In this document: positions 1 to 12,260 of the stretch, piece by piece
Position numbering within the stretch: the first letter of the stretch is position 1
Layout: each line of letters begins with the position of its first letter
DNA from: Vicugna vicugna
Lineage: Eukaryota
Assembly (NCBI GenBank): GCA_013265495.1
Contig: MU058221.1
Location: 2,046,001 to 2,110,000, forward strand
DNA: 64,000 bases
Direction: 5' to 3'
The notes under the pieces: generated by a model
Databases searched by the model: none
What the model was told of the DNA's origin: nothing
The model's input: the letters and a program-made list of their open reading frames with translations, nothing else
Made by a program: the position numbers and the translations under genes

Positions 1-55
1 TTAAACTGATGTTTCTGTTTATTAATGTCACAGTATTTACTGTGTTAAAATGCCA

Positions 56-622
56 TGTCAGGGAGAAGGAGAATCTCCTCCACCCTTTAGGTTCTTTTGG
101 CTGGTCTAAGAATTAAAATGACACGAGACAGATAAACCGGAGAAAATCAAAGTTTAATAACAGATACACACGGCAGAGACCCAGGAGCACTGGGACCCAG
201 GAGTAACCTGCACAGATGGCCAAAACCCTTGCCATAAACACCAGCTTCCGCTGAAAACGAAAGACGTTGGGGGTAGTGGTTTGAGACTTCAGAGGGGAGG
301 AAGGCAGTTCACGTGGAGACGGAAAAGCAGCTGTCCCATGAGCAAATGTTTGCTGGGCCGAGCAGAGACGAGGGGACACAGAGTGGTCTCTGGTCTTCGG
401 TGGCCACCCAGAGCTTCCCCTGGCACGCCCAGCCCACGTCCTCTGCAGATGTCTCTGGCGACAGCCCCATTCCAGGAACAGGCCTTCCGTCTGAATTCCT
501 GTAGGCCATCAGGGGGACGGTCAGAGTTTCTGCCTGAGTCTTTTGAGCCTTGACTGTTTTTAACCTCAAAATAATCCACACGCTAAAGAGGTGTTTTGGG
601 GTGGCAAGTTCTGTTCCCCTGA
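56..622 (-). mobile_element. ERV1-class solo LTR (MER34/MER39-like)
   Basis: About 570 bp. The minus strand begins tcaggggaacagaacttgccaccccaaaa...ggattattttgagg, resembling MER34/39-type LTR starts, and ends ...ccctgaca. No internal gag/pol sequence. Confidence 0.7.
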
Positions 623-794
623 AGCTGCAAGGAGCAGGAAGCCGAAAGCAGGGAAGCCTCCATGGGGGCCACGGCTAGATTACGTGGTCAGTATTTTTAT
701 TACGTTCAACTCGTATAGCTCTGACAAGTGAGGCCTGGAGAGCATTCTGTACTTTCACACTAGTCCTGTGTTCAAGTCCCTGAGCGCTAGAACA

Positions 795-912
795 TGAAAA
801 GAAATATACATAAACATGTACATGTACGTGTGTGTATATCTGAATCACTGTGCTGCACACTAGAAGTGAACACATTATAAACCGACCTAAAATAAAAAAA
901 GATAAAAAAAAA
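795..912 (+). mobile_element. L1 extreme 3' end with A-rich tail
   Basis: gtatatctgaatcactgtgctgcacactagaagtgaacacattataaaccgac followed by poly-A, matching the artiodactyl L1 3' terminus. Confidence 0.75.
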
Positions 913-2487
913 GTCAGAGTCCTTTTTTCCCATTCGCTGTGCCAGTGGAGACTCCTTTCCACCCATGTGTCTGTCTTGAAAAAGGTCTGAGAAGATGACA
1001 AGAAGCTCTGGTCAGTAAAGCATGTGGTTTTGAGTTAGATATTTTCAGAAAAGAAAGAAGAGACAACATTCTGAAGAAAGCAGGAAGTCAAGGTTAAACT
1101 TTAAAATTTATCTTTGAAAAAGGAACGGGTTTGCAGCCCTTTTGAGTGCCAGGAGAAGCAGTGGGAAACAAGCGTGGTGATGTCTTGGAACCTCGTAGTG
1201 CTTGGCACGTGGTGAACGCGTGCTGCAGCTTCGCTGCCGTCAGGAGAAGATGCGTGTGGTTTCTGGTGTGCGTTTAGGATAAACGAGATCCAAGGGCAAC
1301 GTGAGAGGCACCAGGTTTTCACAAATCTGATTCCTGGACGACTCTCCTCTTAGGCGCTGAGAGATGGAACTTCGTGTAGTGTGTGGGGGTCACGTGTGCG
1401 GTAGATGATTCTATCATATAAAGAGAAAATGCTTTCATTTTTGTGGGCAAACTAACCACACATGTGTGCATAGCCGGCGATAAATGAGCACAAAGCTGCA
1501 GAGTTAATTTACAGCTCAAAAGAGCAAATTCAGTTTTCTCTACACACACATTTTATGAGCTGAGCAGATAGTTATTTTCTACAACAAGCAAAACATGTTT
1601 TACAAGGTGATGGACATCAGAAGCCTCGGGCCAAGATTATCCTCCTCAGAGGTTAATAAAATCCTCGGCCCCTGTTGGGTTCTTGGGGTAAGCAGTTACT
1701 CAGCCATCACTGTAATGTATCCATTAGCCCTGGTTTGGTGAAAAGTTAGTAGGAAATATATTTCTGCAGAAAAAACCAAACCAGAGTTTTAGAAACCATT
1801 CCTGAACATTAACAATAATCACCAAAATTAAACCAAATGTGGTCAAGTTAAATAGAACAGAATAGGAACAGAAAAGGCCTTTTTACTTCATTCTAAGAGA
1901 ACGGCCATTTTTATAGAGATAGCATGAGTAAAGAAAAAAAGGCCTCACGATGGAAAATGAACTTTTTGAAAAATAGAAGCAGAATATTATTATCCTGTAT
2001 TTTTATATATTTGTTTTCATCATTATTAGTAAATACACATTTGAAAAAGTTGAAAATCCAAAACAATTCATTAAGAATAGGAAATAAGGTAACTAATTGA
2101 AGTGTTGATTCATCCTACTGTTTTCTTATATAAAATTTCAGTGTGACTGAGGTGAAAAATTTTGCTTTATGTCATCTGTATTTTACCCATGCCATTAAAC
2201 ATTCTTCTGTCTGACTTTTCATGGCTTCATGTTCCTGTATTGGGTTGGTCTTTGAAGATTTTGCCCAACTAGCTTTTTATTGTTCGTGTCTTTAGGTTTT
2301 TCCCAATCTTTCTCTACAACAAATTGTTATACTGTTTAAACAGCATATCGTAAAAGGTTACCTTTATCTTTTTTCCTAGTATAAGCCTAGATTTGCATGT
2401 ATTTGCATGGCTTAAAGTACAGAAACACATGGTAGCTCTTTAAGGGGAATCAAGTTGAATGTACTGCATCAGGGGTATAGGCATGTC

Positions 2488-3191
2488 GGGGAAATGCAGA
2501 TCAAAACGCAGTGGGATGTCACCTCACACACGTTAGGACGGCTGTTACCAAAAAAAAAAAAAAAAAGATGACATCTTTTGGCCCAGAAGTGGAGAAAGGG
2601 GCACCCTTGTACCTTGTTGGTGGGACCACTATGGCAGACAGTATGGAGGGCCCTCAAGCAAATTGAAAGTAGAATTACCGTGTGACCCAGCAGTTCCTCG
2701 TGTGGGTGTATACACACAGAGGAAGTGAAGTCAGTGCCTCAGAGAGAGCACCCCTCCCATGTTCACTGCAGCTTTGTTCACAGTAGCCGAGATACGGAAA
2801 CAACCCAAGTGTTCACGGATGATGGATAAAGAAGATGTGTGTGTGTGTGTGTCTGTGTGTGTGTATGACTCACCCTTAAAAAGAAGGCTGTGTGAGTAAC
2901 AACCTCTGTGAGCCTGGAGGATATTCTGCTAAGTGAAATAAAGCGGGGAGAAGAAAAATGCTCCCTGACCTCATTCAGTTACGTGGAATCTAAAAGGCTG
3001 AGCACGTAGAGGCAGAACTTGAAATGGTGCTCAGCAGGGGCAGGGAGGTGGGGAGACTTTGGTCAAAGGGTGCAAAGGTGCAGTTACATTAAATAAGTAG
3101 GTTCTAGGAGTTAAATGTGGAGCATGATGATTATAATTAATACTATATTTTATACTGGAAATTTGCCAGAAGAGTAGATTTCAGGTGCTCT

Positions 3192-3267
<76 letters not shown>

Positions 3268-3392
3268 TGAGGAGACAGATTCCATTAGCTTGACTGCAGT
3301 GACCATTATGCAGAGGTGTGTATATGGAAATCCAAGCATCGTGTCCTGTACCTTACATATATATAACTTTTTATTATAAAAAAAAATAAAAG
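2488..3392 (+). mobile_element. Old L1 (L1MA/MB-like), ORF2 end plus 3'UTR
   Basis: gaaatgcagatcaaaac, atgttcactgcagctttgttcacagtagccgagatacggaaacaacccaagtg, ctaagtgaaataaagc, A-rich tail at about 3378-3392. Confidence 0.85.
3194..3265 (+). repeat. (AC)36 perfect microsatellite
   Basis: Uninterrupted AC run inside the L1 3'UTR. Confidence 0.97.
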
Positions 3393-3894
3393 AAAGGCTG
3401 TCAGGTGAAAAAATTCTGGGGATTTAGTTCTTTAAAAAGTTGAGCTTGGCTGGAAAGGATTGCTTTGTTTGTTTTCCTTGGCGGGTACAAAATATGAAAA
3501 CGTTCTCTTCCACTGTCCTTTTCAACATTTTTTAGGCAGAATGTTTGTGAATTTGTTAAAATAAAGGAATGACTCTTTTGCCTTTTGTGATAGAAAACAC
3601 TCATCTTTTATCTTAGCAAGTAATCATTTCTGTGTGTTGCAGCGTCTCTCTGAGCATCTGGTCACTTCTGTGGTCGTGTTTTTGGTTTGCTCGCCATCAT
3701 TTCATTCTTCTGTGTTCACTTTCTCTGTTCCCTGAGACCGCTTCTACCTCTGTTCAGTGTTTTATTTCCTCGTAAGCCACGTTCACACTTCATGTTCATG
3801 TTTTCCCCTTCTGAATATATTCTTCTGCCCTGTGGCCCCAAATTAGATTCAGTCACTGTTTACTGAACTACGCATAGAGCTGTGTTGGAAGCTG

Positions 3895-4065
3895 TGGCCA
3901 GCGGTTCATAAGCTTTAGTCTGCAAGGAGATCACTCTGCAAACTCATTTAAGTTGCAGGGCACCATTTCTTCAGTTTCAGATTTGGGAGGTCTGGGGTGA
4001 TACCTGGGAACTTGTGTTTTCACAGATTGATCTGATGCACGTGATTCCTGAATCGCACCCTGACA
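3895..4065. mobile_element. MER5A-like hAT-Charlie remnant
   Basis: cagatttgggaggtctggggtgatacctgggaacttgtgttttcaca...gtgattcctga resembles MER5A. Confidence 0.5.
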
Positions 4066-4072
4066 GACGGTG

Positions 4073-4497
4073 CGGATCCTCCTTGACTAGCGATGGAGTT
4101 ACACCCACAAACGTGTTACACGTCGAAAGCGCACTGAACACACCCAGCCTGCCATGCAGCGTCGCTTCGCGGCCTGCCTTACACACGCCCAGAGCACTTC
4201 CATTAGCCTGCAGGTGGGCGAAGGCATTCAACACAAAGCCCGTTTCGTAGTGAAGCGCTCCCTGTCTCGTGCACTTTACTGAATACTGCGCTGACAGTGA
4301 ATGAAAGACGTGGTGGTTTTAAGCGTATGGGGAATTTCACCTGCTGACGGCCGGGTCACGGGCTGACCAGGAGCTTTGATCCCGTCCAACCACGGAGCAG
4401 AGTTCAAAGCACGGTTTCTAACTGAGCGTCTATCACTTCGCACCATCGTAAAGTTGAAAAACCCCAAGTCGAGCCCTCGTGAGGTGGGGGCTGTCAG
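4073..4497 (+). mobile_element. Tigger5/MER47-like TcMar DNA transposon fossil
   Basis: TIR-like ctccttgactagcgatggagttac; cattagcctgcaggtgggcgaaggcattcaacacaaagcc; cttcgcaccatcgtaaagttgaaaa. Confidence 0.8.
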
Positions 4498-4918
4498 TGC
4501 GCTCAGTGAGCCAGACGCCAGGCTTCCACGTGGCTGTCGGAAATGTCAGCGCCCTGTTTGGGGGGAGCTTCTTGAAGGAAGTGAATGTTGAGCAGGCGCC
4601 TGAGAATTTGGTTGGTCTGAGTGGCGGCAGTTCATTACAAGGAGAGACACAGGCTGCGTTCCAGACCCTCTCACCTGCCGTCCTCCCCGCCTGCTGCCAC
4701 CTGTGCAGCTTTTTGGGTGTCGTATTGTCTGCCTTGTCTGCTGTCGCCTGGCCCAAGATTGTGACACTCTTCGAAAAACTCACAGGATGAGGAATTGCTA
4801 AGTGGCACAGCCCCATAGTAAGCCGTCATAAAAAACAAGAACAGCACGTTGGATGGTGTTCTGTGCAGCCAGTGGTTGTACCCACTTCTGACTCACCATG
4901 ATCTCCTGTTTACTTCGA

Positions 4919-4989
4919 ATATATATACACACACACACATATATATGTGTATATGTATATATATATATATGTGTGTGTGTATATATATA
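4919..4989 (+). repeat. Compound (TA)/(CA)/(TG) microsatellite
   Basis: atatatatacacacacacacatatatatgtgtatatg... Confidence 0.9.
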
Positions 4990-6034
4990 GGAAGCAGCTG
5001 ATGAAATAAGACTTGAAGGTGGTTAAGGCCACCAGAATACTCGTTAAGTACACTAAGCCGTTTTCACGTGACACTTGTTTTTACTATCTGCAACCTCAAC
5101 TGAAATTCAAGAAAAACCCCCAGTCTCTGAAAGCACTTGCTTCTGAAAGCGGTTTTCTGGGCTTCCTGTATTTCATTGCCAGTTGAAGTTAAGTTCCATC
5201 TTGAATTGCCCTGGGAAACGTTGACCAGGTGCCCTCTGCTAACGCTGTTGTGGATAATTCTGCTTGTTAACAGGATGTATAGGCACTGGTTCTCCAATTT
5301 TTAAGTATCTTGTATGGGACAGTAGTTGTATGTTTAAAAAGTAAGTTGGGACACCATTAGTGAATTGTTTTTAGTTGTGTATCCTTTGGATTGGCTGACG
5401 TAAGGAGCACCTGTTTTGTGATGGGAAGTGTGGGAATCGGATACCTGTCGGGAGTGAAAGCACCCAGGCTGAACTGACGTCCTCACAGTTGACGTCCAGC
5501 TGAAGAAACGTGGGAGCAGTGGGTACCTAATGCTTGACTGGGAGCCACTGTAATAAAGAAAACCTGTAGGTGTGTAATTGGTATTGATCTGAACTGAGAA
5601 ACCAGTGCCACCTAATTTTATGGCTGTGGATGATGCATAGTTTTTCTCGAAATAGTAAAAGGCTTAGGATTCTGGTCAAGAGGGTAGAGAAAGCATTAGG
5701 TAAAGTTGAAATAAGGCCCTTAGTCTTCTGTTAGGGAAAGACACGTTCTGTATCTGACTTGGAAAAGCTGTTTGGGACTCGGGGTTGTATCATTGCTTTG
5801 TGGCTGATAAAAAACAAGTATGTGGCTTTTATCTGATTGCTGAAACAGATGCATAGAATGCAGCTTTGACTAGATCCAGTTTTGTTTTCAGATTATTTTT
5901 AAGCATTCAGTACTTCTTATTGGTAAAAACATTCAATTACATTATGAAAGGTGCGGCTCGTCTTGAGATTCGTTAGTACAGACGCTGGATGGACGTCAGC
6001 AGACTTGGATGTGCGGTTGATTTCGTCCCACTGT

Positions 6035-6098
6035 CTTTAGTGACTTTGGCACATAGTAGTTAATAAGAATTTCTAAGAAGAATGAATGAATGAATATT
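6035..6098 (+). mobile_element. L2 3' end fragment
   Basis: tggcacatagtagttaataa...gaatgaatgaatgaat tail. Confidence 0.6.
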
Positions 6099-7194
6099 TA
6101 TGACTCTGCTGCTTTTGTAAGGATTTGAAAAATGCAACCTCGTTTTTCTGTAACCAAATTTAACTTCAGTTTTAAGCCCTTATTCTGTTGGGGAGGAAGG
6201 AACGTATTCTCAGTCAATTTCTAGGACCCTCCTCTCTGTTCCCTTGGACCCAGGTTCTGGGGGGAGGGGTGGTTATGTTGTTTACTGCCAGCACATGGGG
6301 CCCGCTGTCTAACCCTCCTGGTCACTTGTACGTGAGCCCCAGACCCTGAGCCTGTGCAGTGCCCGCTGGCCAGCTGGTCTCCAGCTCTTGGCACAGACAG
6401 GTCCCTGCCAAGTTTCATTTCACATCGGCAGGTTGAGCACGTGCTACAGCCTCTGTCTCCTGCATCAAAATCCTGGAAATGATAGAAAAGGTATTTTAAC
6501 TGAATAAATCACAGGGATTATTAAATAGCTGAGCTGAGAGGCATGTTTGAAAACTTTCGGTGGAGCAAGAATTAGGAAGAATCCACAGAAGACAGGACTG
6601 GCTGAAGGAAACCACAGCTCAGGACTTCTGTGGATGCCTCCTGCCGGAGAACACGGTCGTGGTACTAAATTCCCATCCAGAAGTGGACGGAACCAAGAGC
6701 AGAGGTGGTCGGCCCAGGCCAGGGCCGACGAGGGGCCCCTTTGTGGGAGTAGGAAGCCAGTTCATACTGCATATCTCACACCCGTCCTTTGACCCTACAT
6801 ACGAACTGTGGTTCCTGTGTCCATTTAAGAGCATCAAGTCCGGGAACCTGGTTTCAGGGAGCCAGGTGGGTCTCCAGGGTGGTGAGACGCAGCCTGCAGG
6901 GACTAGGAGACACCCAGCCCGGTGGAAAGCTGGGGAGTGCCTGCCCGCGTCAGCGCTCTGCCGTCCTCACTGAGTGTCTTCAGGTGCCGGCTCAGGTCCA
7001 CAGACAGACGCGGCACCTGTGGCAAAAGGGGATTTCAGCTCTAAATCTGAGCACGCAGTCGAGACTCAGCGGACATTTGAGGGAAACCTACACTATAAAC
7101 AGATAAACGTGGTGAAGTGTAAAATATCAGACTCAGTGCCATTTCGGGGTGGAAAGGATTCTTCCAAATACAGCCACTCCCGAGGCTCATTGTT

Positions 7195-7415
7195 TCTTTT
7201 TTTTGAAACCCCTTTATTGTGGTCTGGTTCCTGTACAGTAAACTACACATGTTTCAGATGAACAATGTGATGAGTTTTGACAGATGTAGACACCGTGAAA
7301 CCACCACCACAATCAAGACGGCTAACATTCCATCCCTCCCCAAGAGGTGCGGAGTTGGAACTCCCAGTTCATCCCTTCCCACCCTCCTTGCCCACCTGGT
7401 AACCCCAGGGCTTCG
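7195..7415 (-). mobile_element. Old L1 (L1MB/MC) 3' end
   Basis: tttattgtgg...gatgagttttgacagatgtagacaccgtgaaaccaccaccacaatcaaga. Confidence 0.75.
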
Positions 7416-8891
7416 CTGAGGAATGAGCACCGCTGTCTTCTGCCTTTTCAGGAAGGTTCTCTTGCCCTCTCGTCCCCAGAGCCAGGGTGATCCTCCCTCG
7501 GCTTTGCCCAGGACAGTCTATTCCCACCTGATTTTAGGTAATTATTTGCGGTGTCCCTTGGATAAGGAAGGACGTGATTTTTTCACTCTTCTCGAGGATC
7601 ATCTGGGGAACGGGACAGGATCTGGGGTCTCTCTTCTCGGGGTCCTGAGGTTGTCTGCACACCCACTGCTTCCTCCCCAGACACTCCTCCTCCCTCCAGA
7701 CTGGACTCCTGTGCAGGGGCTGGTGAGGCGTGTGCGGGCGACCTAGTTCTCCTTTGTCAGGTCATCTGCCACGTCTGCTCTCTGTTTTGCGGAGTCCTGT
7801 CCTCGGGCTCTTTTTCCCATGTTTTCTGCTAAAGCTTCCCCAATCCTAAGCAAGAAAATCCAAATGGTTTCAGTGGACAAATGAGGGGGAGCAAGTAGGT
7901 AAAACAAGAGTGTAACAGATACACACACCTCTCTCTCTCTCACACACACACACAGAGGTCAGTATTTTAACGCTGTCTCACGACGTCACAGAATACCCCT
8001 GTGGTCTTTGGGAAAATCACTTAAGTGCCCTGAGCCTTTGTGTCCTAATCTGAGAAGTCCCAGAACGTTGAGATTTCTCCTAATTCCCACGACAAAATCG
8101 TCAAGCTTAGAATTGGTAGGAGCTTTGGGCATCGATTAGCCCAGCTCTCTACCCCATCCAGACCTGTTCTGCACATATTTCTGCCATGTGATTATCCAGC
8201 CACCGTAAGAATACTTTAAGGAATGAAATAAATAGAGGAGATAAAAATAGCCCTAATTGCTAAAAGTTAAAATTGTAAGGTGTGTTTGACAGAAAAGAAA
8301 TGAATTCAGAAGCCACTGAAGGCTGCGGAAAATGACAAGGTGCCCCCGAGTGACCAGACTTTTGGACTGTTTATAACATGGGCGTATCCAGTCCCCAGGA
8401 AAGGCAGTTAAGATCTGGTGTCACTCAGTGAAGAATACACGACATTAAAAACAACACCAGTGACAAAAACCTTGACCTGGCGCCGGGCTCACTGTAAGTT
8501 CATCACAGATGGCGGCTTGTTTTTAGTTTGGCTGCGGCGGTCACAGTTGGGATGGTTCTTGGGGATCAGGGAAGGAGATAGTTTACATAAAGCAAATCAT
8601 ACAGAGAAGGCAGAGAGTTACTTTCAGAATCTGCTGTGTTGTACGCAGAGCTGTCCCCTGGCTCTCCTGGCGGTGCGACAGCGGTCCCCAGCTGATCGGC
8701 GCCCAGTCTGAACGCTCCACTTTCAAGCCTCATCACGCTTGAAGGTAGAAGAGCCTCTTTCTCTGTAGCTTTTCCCTCCTCAGGCCCCAGCAGTAGGACG
8801 TGTCCCTGTGAGTCCCCTTTGTTCCTGTGTCCACCTACTCCAGCTGCAGACCCCTCATGTCTGACCGGGTCACCTCCTGGGCTCCTTGCAT

Positions 8892-9245
8892 TTTTACTTA
8901 TTTATTAATTTTTTTTACAGAAATGTAGTCAGTTACAGTGTCAGTTTCTGGTGCACAGCACAGTGTACCAGTCATGCATATGTATACATATATTTGTTCT
9001 CTATTCTTTTTCATTAAAGGTTCTTACAAAATATTGAATATAGTTTCCTGTGCTCTACAGAGAAAAAAATTGGTTTTTTTTTGTTTTTATATAGTGGTCA
9101 AACTTAGCAAATCTCAGACTCCCAAATTTATCCCTTCCCTCCCCGTTTCCCCCACTGGCAACCGATAATGCTGTTGACTGTGTCGGTGAGTCTGTTTCTG
9201 TTTCCTGGATGAGCTCATTAGTGTCCTCTTTTTCCTTTTTTCTTT
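8892..9245 (-). mobile_element. Young lineage-specific (camelid-type) L1 3'UTR
   Basis: gcaaatctcagactcccaaatttatcccttccc...ggcaaccg; near-identical motifs at 17975-18280, 31733-32200 and 42766-43495. Confidence 0.85.
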
Positions 9246-9829
9246 CTGCTTGCATCTTCCAAAGCAGAATTGTGGCCTCAGTTGTCTTGGGGGTCGTGTT
9301 GAGTCCCATTCTCCAGATTTTCCAAACTTCCTAGTTTTCTTAGGCCTTTGGGGTCCTTTTGAAAACACCCACTTGCTCTGTCCTCCACCATCAACGCAAA
9401 AGCCTCTCTGTTAAAGACAGCACCTCCGTCACAACTCACAGCCCGTTAAAATCTACAGATCCTCCCGGACACTCTCTGATTCTGTGGAGAGCTGCTCCTG
9501 CCACCACCGCCTGCACGGCTCTCCCTCTCCTGTTCAGGATTTTATTTGTTTTTAGTTCAGATGTATTCGTGTGTGTGGGAAATAACCTGTACCTGTGTGG
9601 CCTGCTTTGCAGAAAATTAAAGACCAAAAAATGCACACTTCCAAAATAGACCATTTAGGAGGTGATTACCAGCATTATGAAAGAGTTTTTTGCTTTCCAG
9701 CACATTTGTGGTAATTTACTTTTAACAGTTTCCCTGGAGTATTTAAAATATAGTTTAACTTTCTCTAAGTGATTGGTTTAACACCTAGAAGAGAATATAC
9801 TGAATGAGTAGAATGACTTCTTTTCTTTT

Positions 9830-10360
9830 CAGACGGGCACGTGGGCCGTAACCGCCTGAGAGAGAGAATTAAAGGCCTGTCTTAATAAAGCGCCCCCACC
9901 CCTCCCCACCCCCGGCCGAGCTGGCCACGCAGGCTCACGGGGGTGGGGGGCAGGCACTAAGGGACCTCCTGCCCCAGCCTCTGCCCCGCGGTGTGACCTT
10001 ACCCTCGGTGGGGTGACCTTCCCCTCGGCTGTGACCTTCCTCTGGCGGGGTGACCTTCCCCTGGGGGGCGCCCCGCCCGCCCCTGCGGCCCGCGGCCCGC
10101 AGCCCGCCCTCCCCGCGTGTGTCCCTCCCGCTGGGCTCTGTGCCTGTGTCCCGCTGCCCAGGCCGGCTCGGGCGCCTCCCTCCCTCCTGTCTTCCTGGTG
10201 CTTTCGCTCTGTAAATGCCCGGCAGCCTCCCGCTCCGGCCGCTCCTGTGAGGTGACACAGTGTGAAGAGTGCTTCTCTCAGCCACCCCCCCCAGCCCTTC
10301 TCAGAACTCGGACATCGTGTACGTGGGGCCCGCCCTGCCCGCGTTGCAGCCTTGGCGTCC
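9830..10360. promoter_or_regulatory. GC/CpG-rich island-like patch with GC-box-like motifs
   Basis: Very high GC and many CpGs (ggggggcgccccgcccgcccctgcggcccgcggcccgc). Function unproven. Confidence 0.45.
9993..10068 (+). repeat. Degenerate minisatellite, 4 x 18-20 bp with GTGACCTT core
   Basis: Units start at 9993, 10013, 10031 and 10050: gtgaccttaccctcggtggg / gtgaccttcccctcggct / gtgaccttcctctggcggg / gtgaccttcccctgggggg. Confidence 0.85.
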
Positions 10361-10381
10361 AGATTAGGCTCTTTCTGTTCC

Positions 10382-10543
10382 GTTTTTTAATTTTTATTTA
10401 TTTAGTTAGTTTATTTGAGGGGGGAGATAATTAGGTTTATTGACTTATATTAATGTTTAATTTTTTTGTAGTGGAGGCCCTGGGGACTGATCCCAGGACC
10501 GCTGCATGCTGAGCACACACTCCACCCCTGAGCCACAGCCTCC
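10382..10543 (-). mobile_element. tRNA-derived camelid SINE (Vic-1-like)
   Basis: Reverse complement gives ggaggctgtggctcaggggtggagtgtgtgctcagcatgcagcggtcctgggatcagtcccc...aaacctaattatctcccccc plus A-rich tail. Confidence 0.8.
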
Positions 10544-11261
10544 CGCCGCTCGCAGCCCCACGCCCCTCACGAGGCTCCTTCTGCACTCGCTGTTGGAGCT
10601 TGGAGGTGCCTCTGGGATTCACTTGAGGAACTGGCTCTGTTTTAGAGCAAACTGGGACGGGGATGGGCAGCTGGAGTAGAAGAGAAAGCAGTGCTAAAAC
10701 ATTCCTATTCTGAAATGTTTGCTTTCACTCTTTTTTTTTTGGACTGACCCTTATGGCCGCTTGGCAGCAGCTTCTCCCGTGAAAGTCCTCGGCGTTGGTG
10801 TTGTTCTCAACTAGGCAGCAAGTGAAGGAAGTGGAAGGTCTCGGGGATCTAGAGGTTTACCTTCCCTTAGGACCTCTTCCCTCTCATGAATATTTACACT
10901 GTGGATCCAGCCAATTCCTTTCTACCGAAGAGATAGGTTATTTGAATGTTATTTTTAGTTCAAGGCCAATCAGCAGAGGACACTTCCTGCTGTAGGTGAT
11001 CTTGCCCTGTCAGTGACCTCGCAGGAGGGGAGGCGACAAGTCTTACAGGTGTACTTGCGTTTCTCATCTTATTTTCCCACGTTGAAAACAGTTCACAGAC
11101 ATTAAAAGAAAAATGTAATAGACAAAAACAATGGACTGTGTATATAAAATGAAGACTTGTTCTTCAGTGTATCGTACTGGAATTCTAAGCTACTGGAAGG
11201 CAGGGCTTTGTCTCCAGAGTCTTAGATTTTTTTCTTTTAATTTTTTTGCTTTTACTTCTTA

Positions 11262-11465
11262 TTTTAAAAAAATGATTGAAGTATCGTCAGCTTACGGTGT
11301 CGTGTCGATGGCTGGTGTACAGCGTAATGTTCCAGTCATACATGCACAGACATAGTTCCTTTGCATATGACTTTTCATTACAGGCCGTAAGATATTGAAT
11401 CTGGTTCCCTGTGCTCTGCTTTAGGAACTTGTTGCTTACCTGTTCCATACACAGCAGTGAGTGTC
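11262..11465 (-). mobile_element. L1 3' end fragment
   Basis: attgaagtatcgtcagcttacggtgtcgtg...tccagtcatacatgc...gatattgaatctggttccctgtgct. Confidence 0.75.
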
Positions 11466-12044
11466 CAGAGCTTTCGGAAGTCTTGTCGTGCTGCGAGCAC
11501 CATGAGGCATCAGAGAGGCCGCTGATGCAGAATCCATCCAATACGTGTTACTGACTTGAAACGGTTCCAGGAAAACATGATATTAAGACATTCTTGATGT
11601 GAGTGTCTCATCCGCAGGTGTCTTCAGTCATGTGAAGAGTCAACATGAATGTGAAGTATTGTTCCTTTGGTCGCCAGGGGATCTTTGCAAAACTCTGAAA
11701 AGAGGGAAAGTGACTTTTTTTGCGCATATGCTCCCACTCCCACCTGTTCTCGGGTGCGGCCGCTGCAGTGCGGAGCTGGGTGCTTTGGCCCCGCAGAGCT
11801 TCAGGACAGCAGCAGGAGACGGGTCACTGGAGAAGTTAAAAAGAAAAAAAAAAGTACAATTTTTGTATCATCCTGCCTGACACTTCCCTGTCGATTTTTA
11901 TATGGTGGTATTCTCTCCTGCCCCCCGCCCCAAAGCGCAGTTCTTCGAGACATTTCTTTCTGAGGATTCCCCCACTTTTGCAAAGCCTTCCTTTCTCTTG
12001 GCAGAGGGGCCTCCAGCTAGACCACATCGGCATAACCATTAATG

Positions 12045-12260
12045 ACACAGATGTTGGCGTCACATTGACGTGTGTTCAGATCCAAGCTCTGCCACTTCCA
12101 AGCCCTGGATTTCTGCACCTGTTACTGAGTCTTCGTAGGCCTCTCTTTCCTTTCCTGTAACTCGGGGATGCTGGTACAGTAAGGGGGTTTAGGAGAGAGA
12201 AATGAGACAAGCAAAAAGAGCTACCTGTAAATGTCCACGAGAGTTATTAGTGTTTTATTA
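12045..12260 (+). mobile_element. MIR SINE
   Basis: gttcagatccaagctctgccactt...cctgttactgagtctt...tttcctttcctgtaactcggggatg core. Confidence 0.65.

Noticed and set aside
9993..10068. Spaced repeats superficially like a CRISPR array
   Set aside because: 8-bp core with mutually similar spacers in a mammalian intron and no cas genes. It is a minisatellite.
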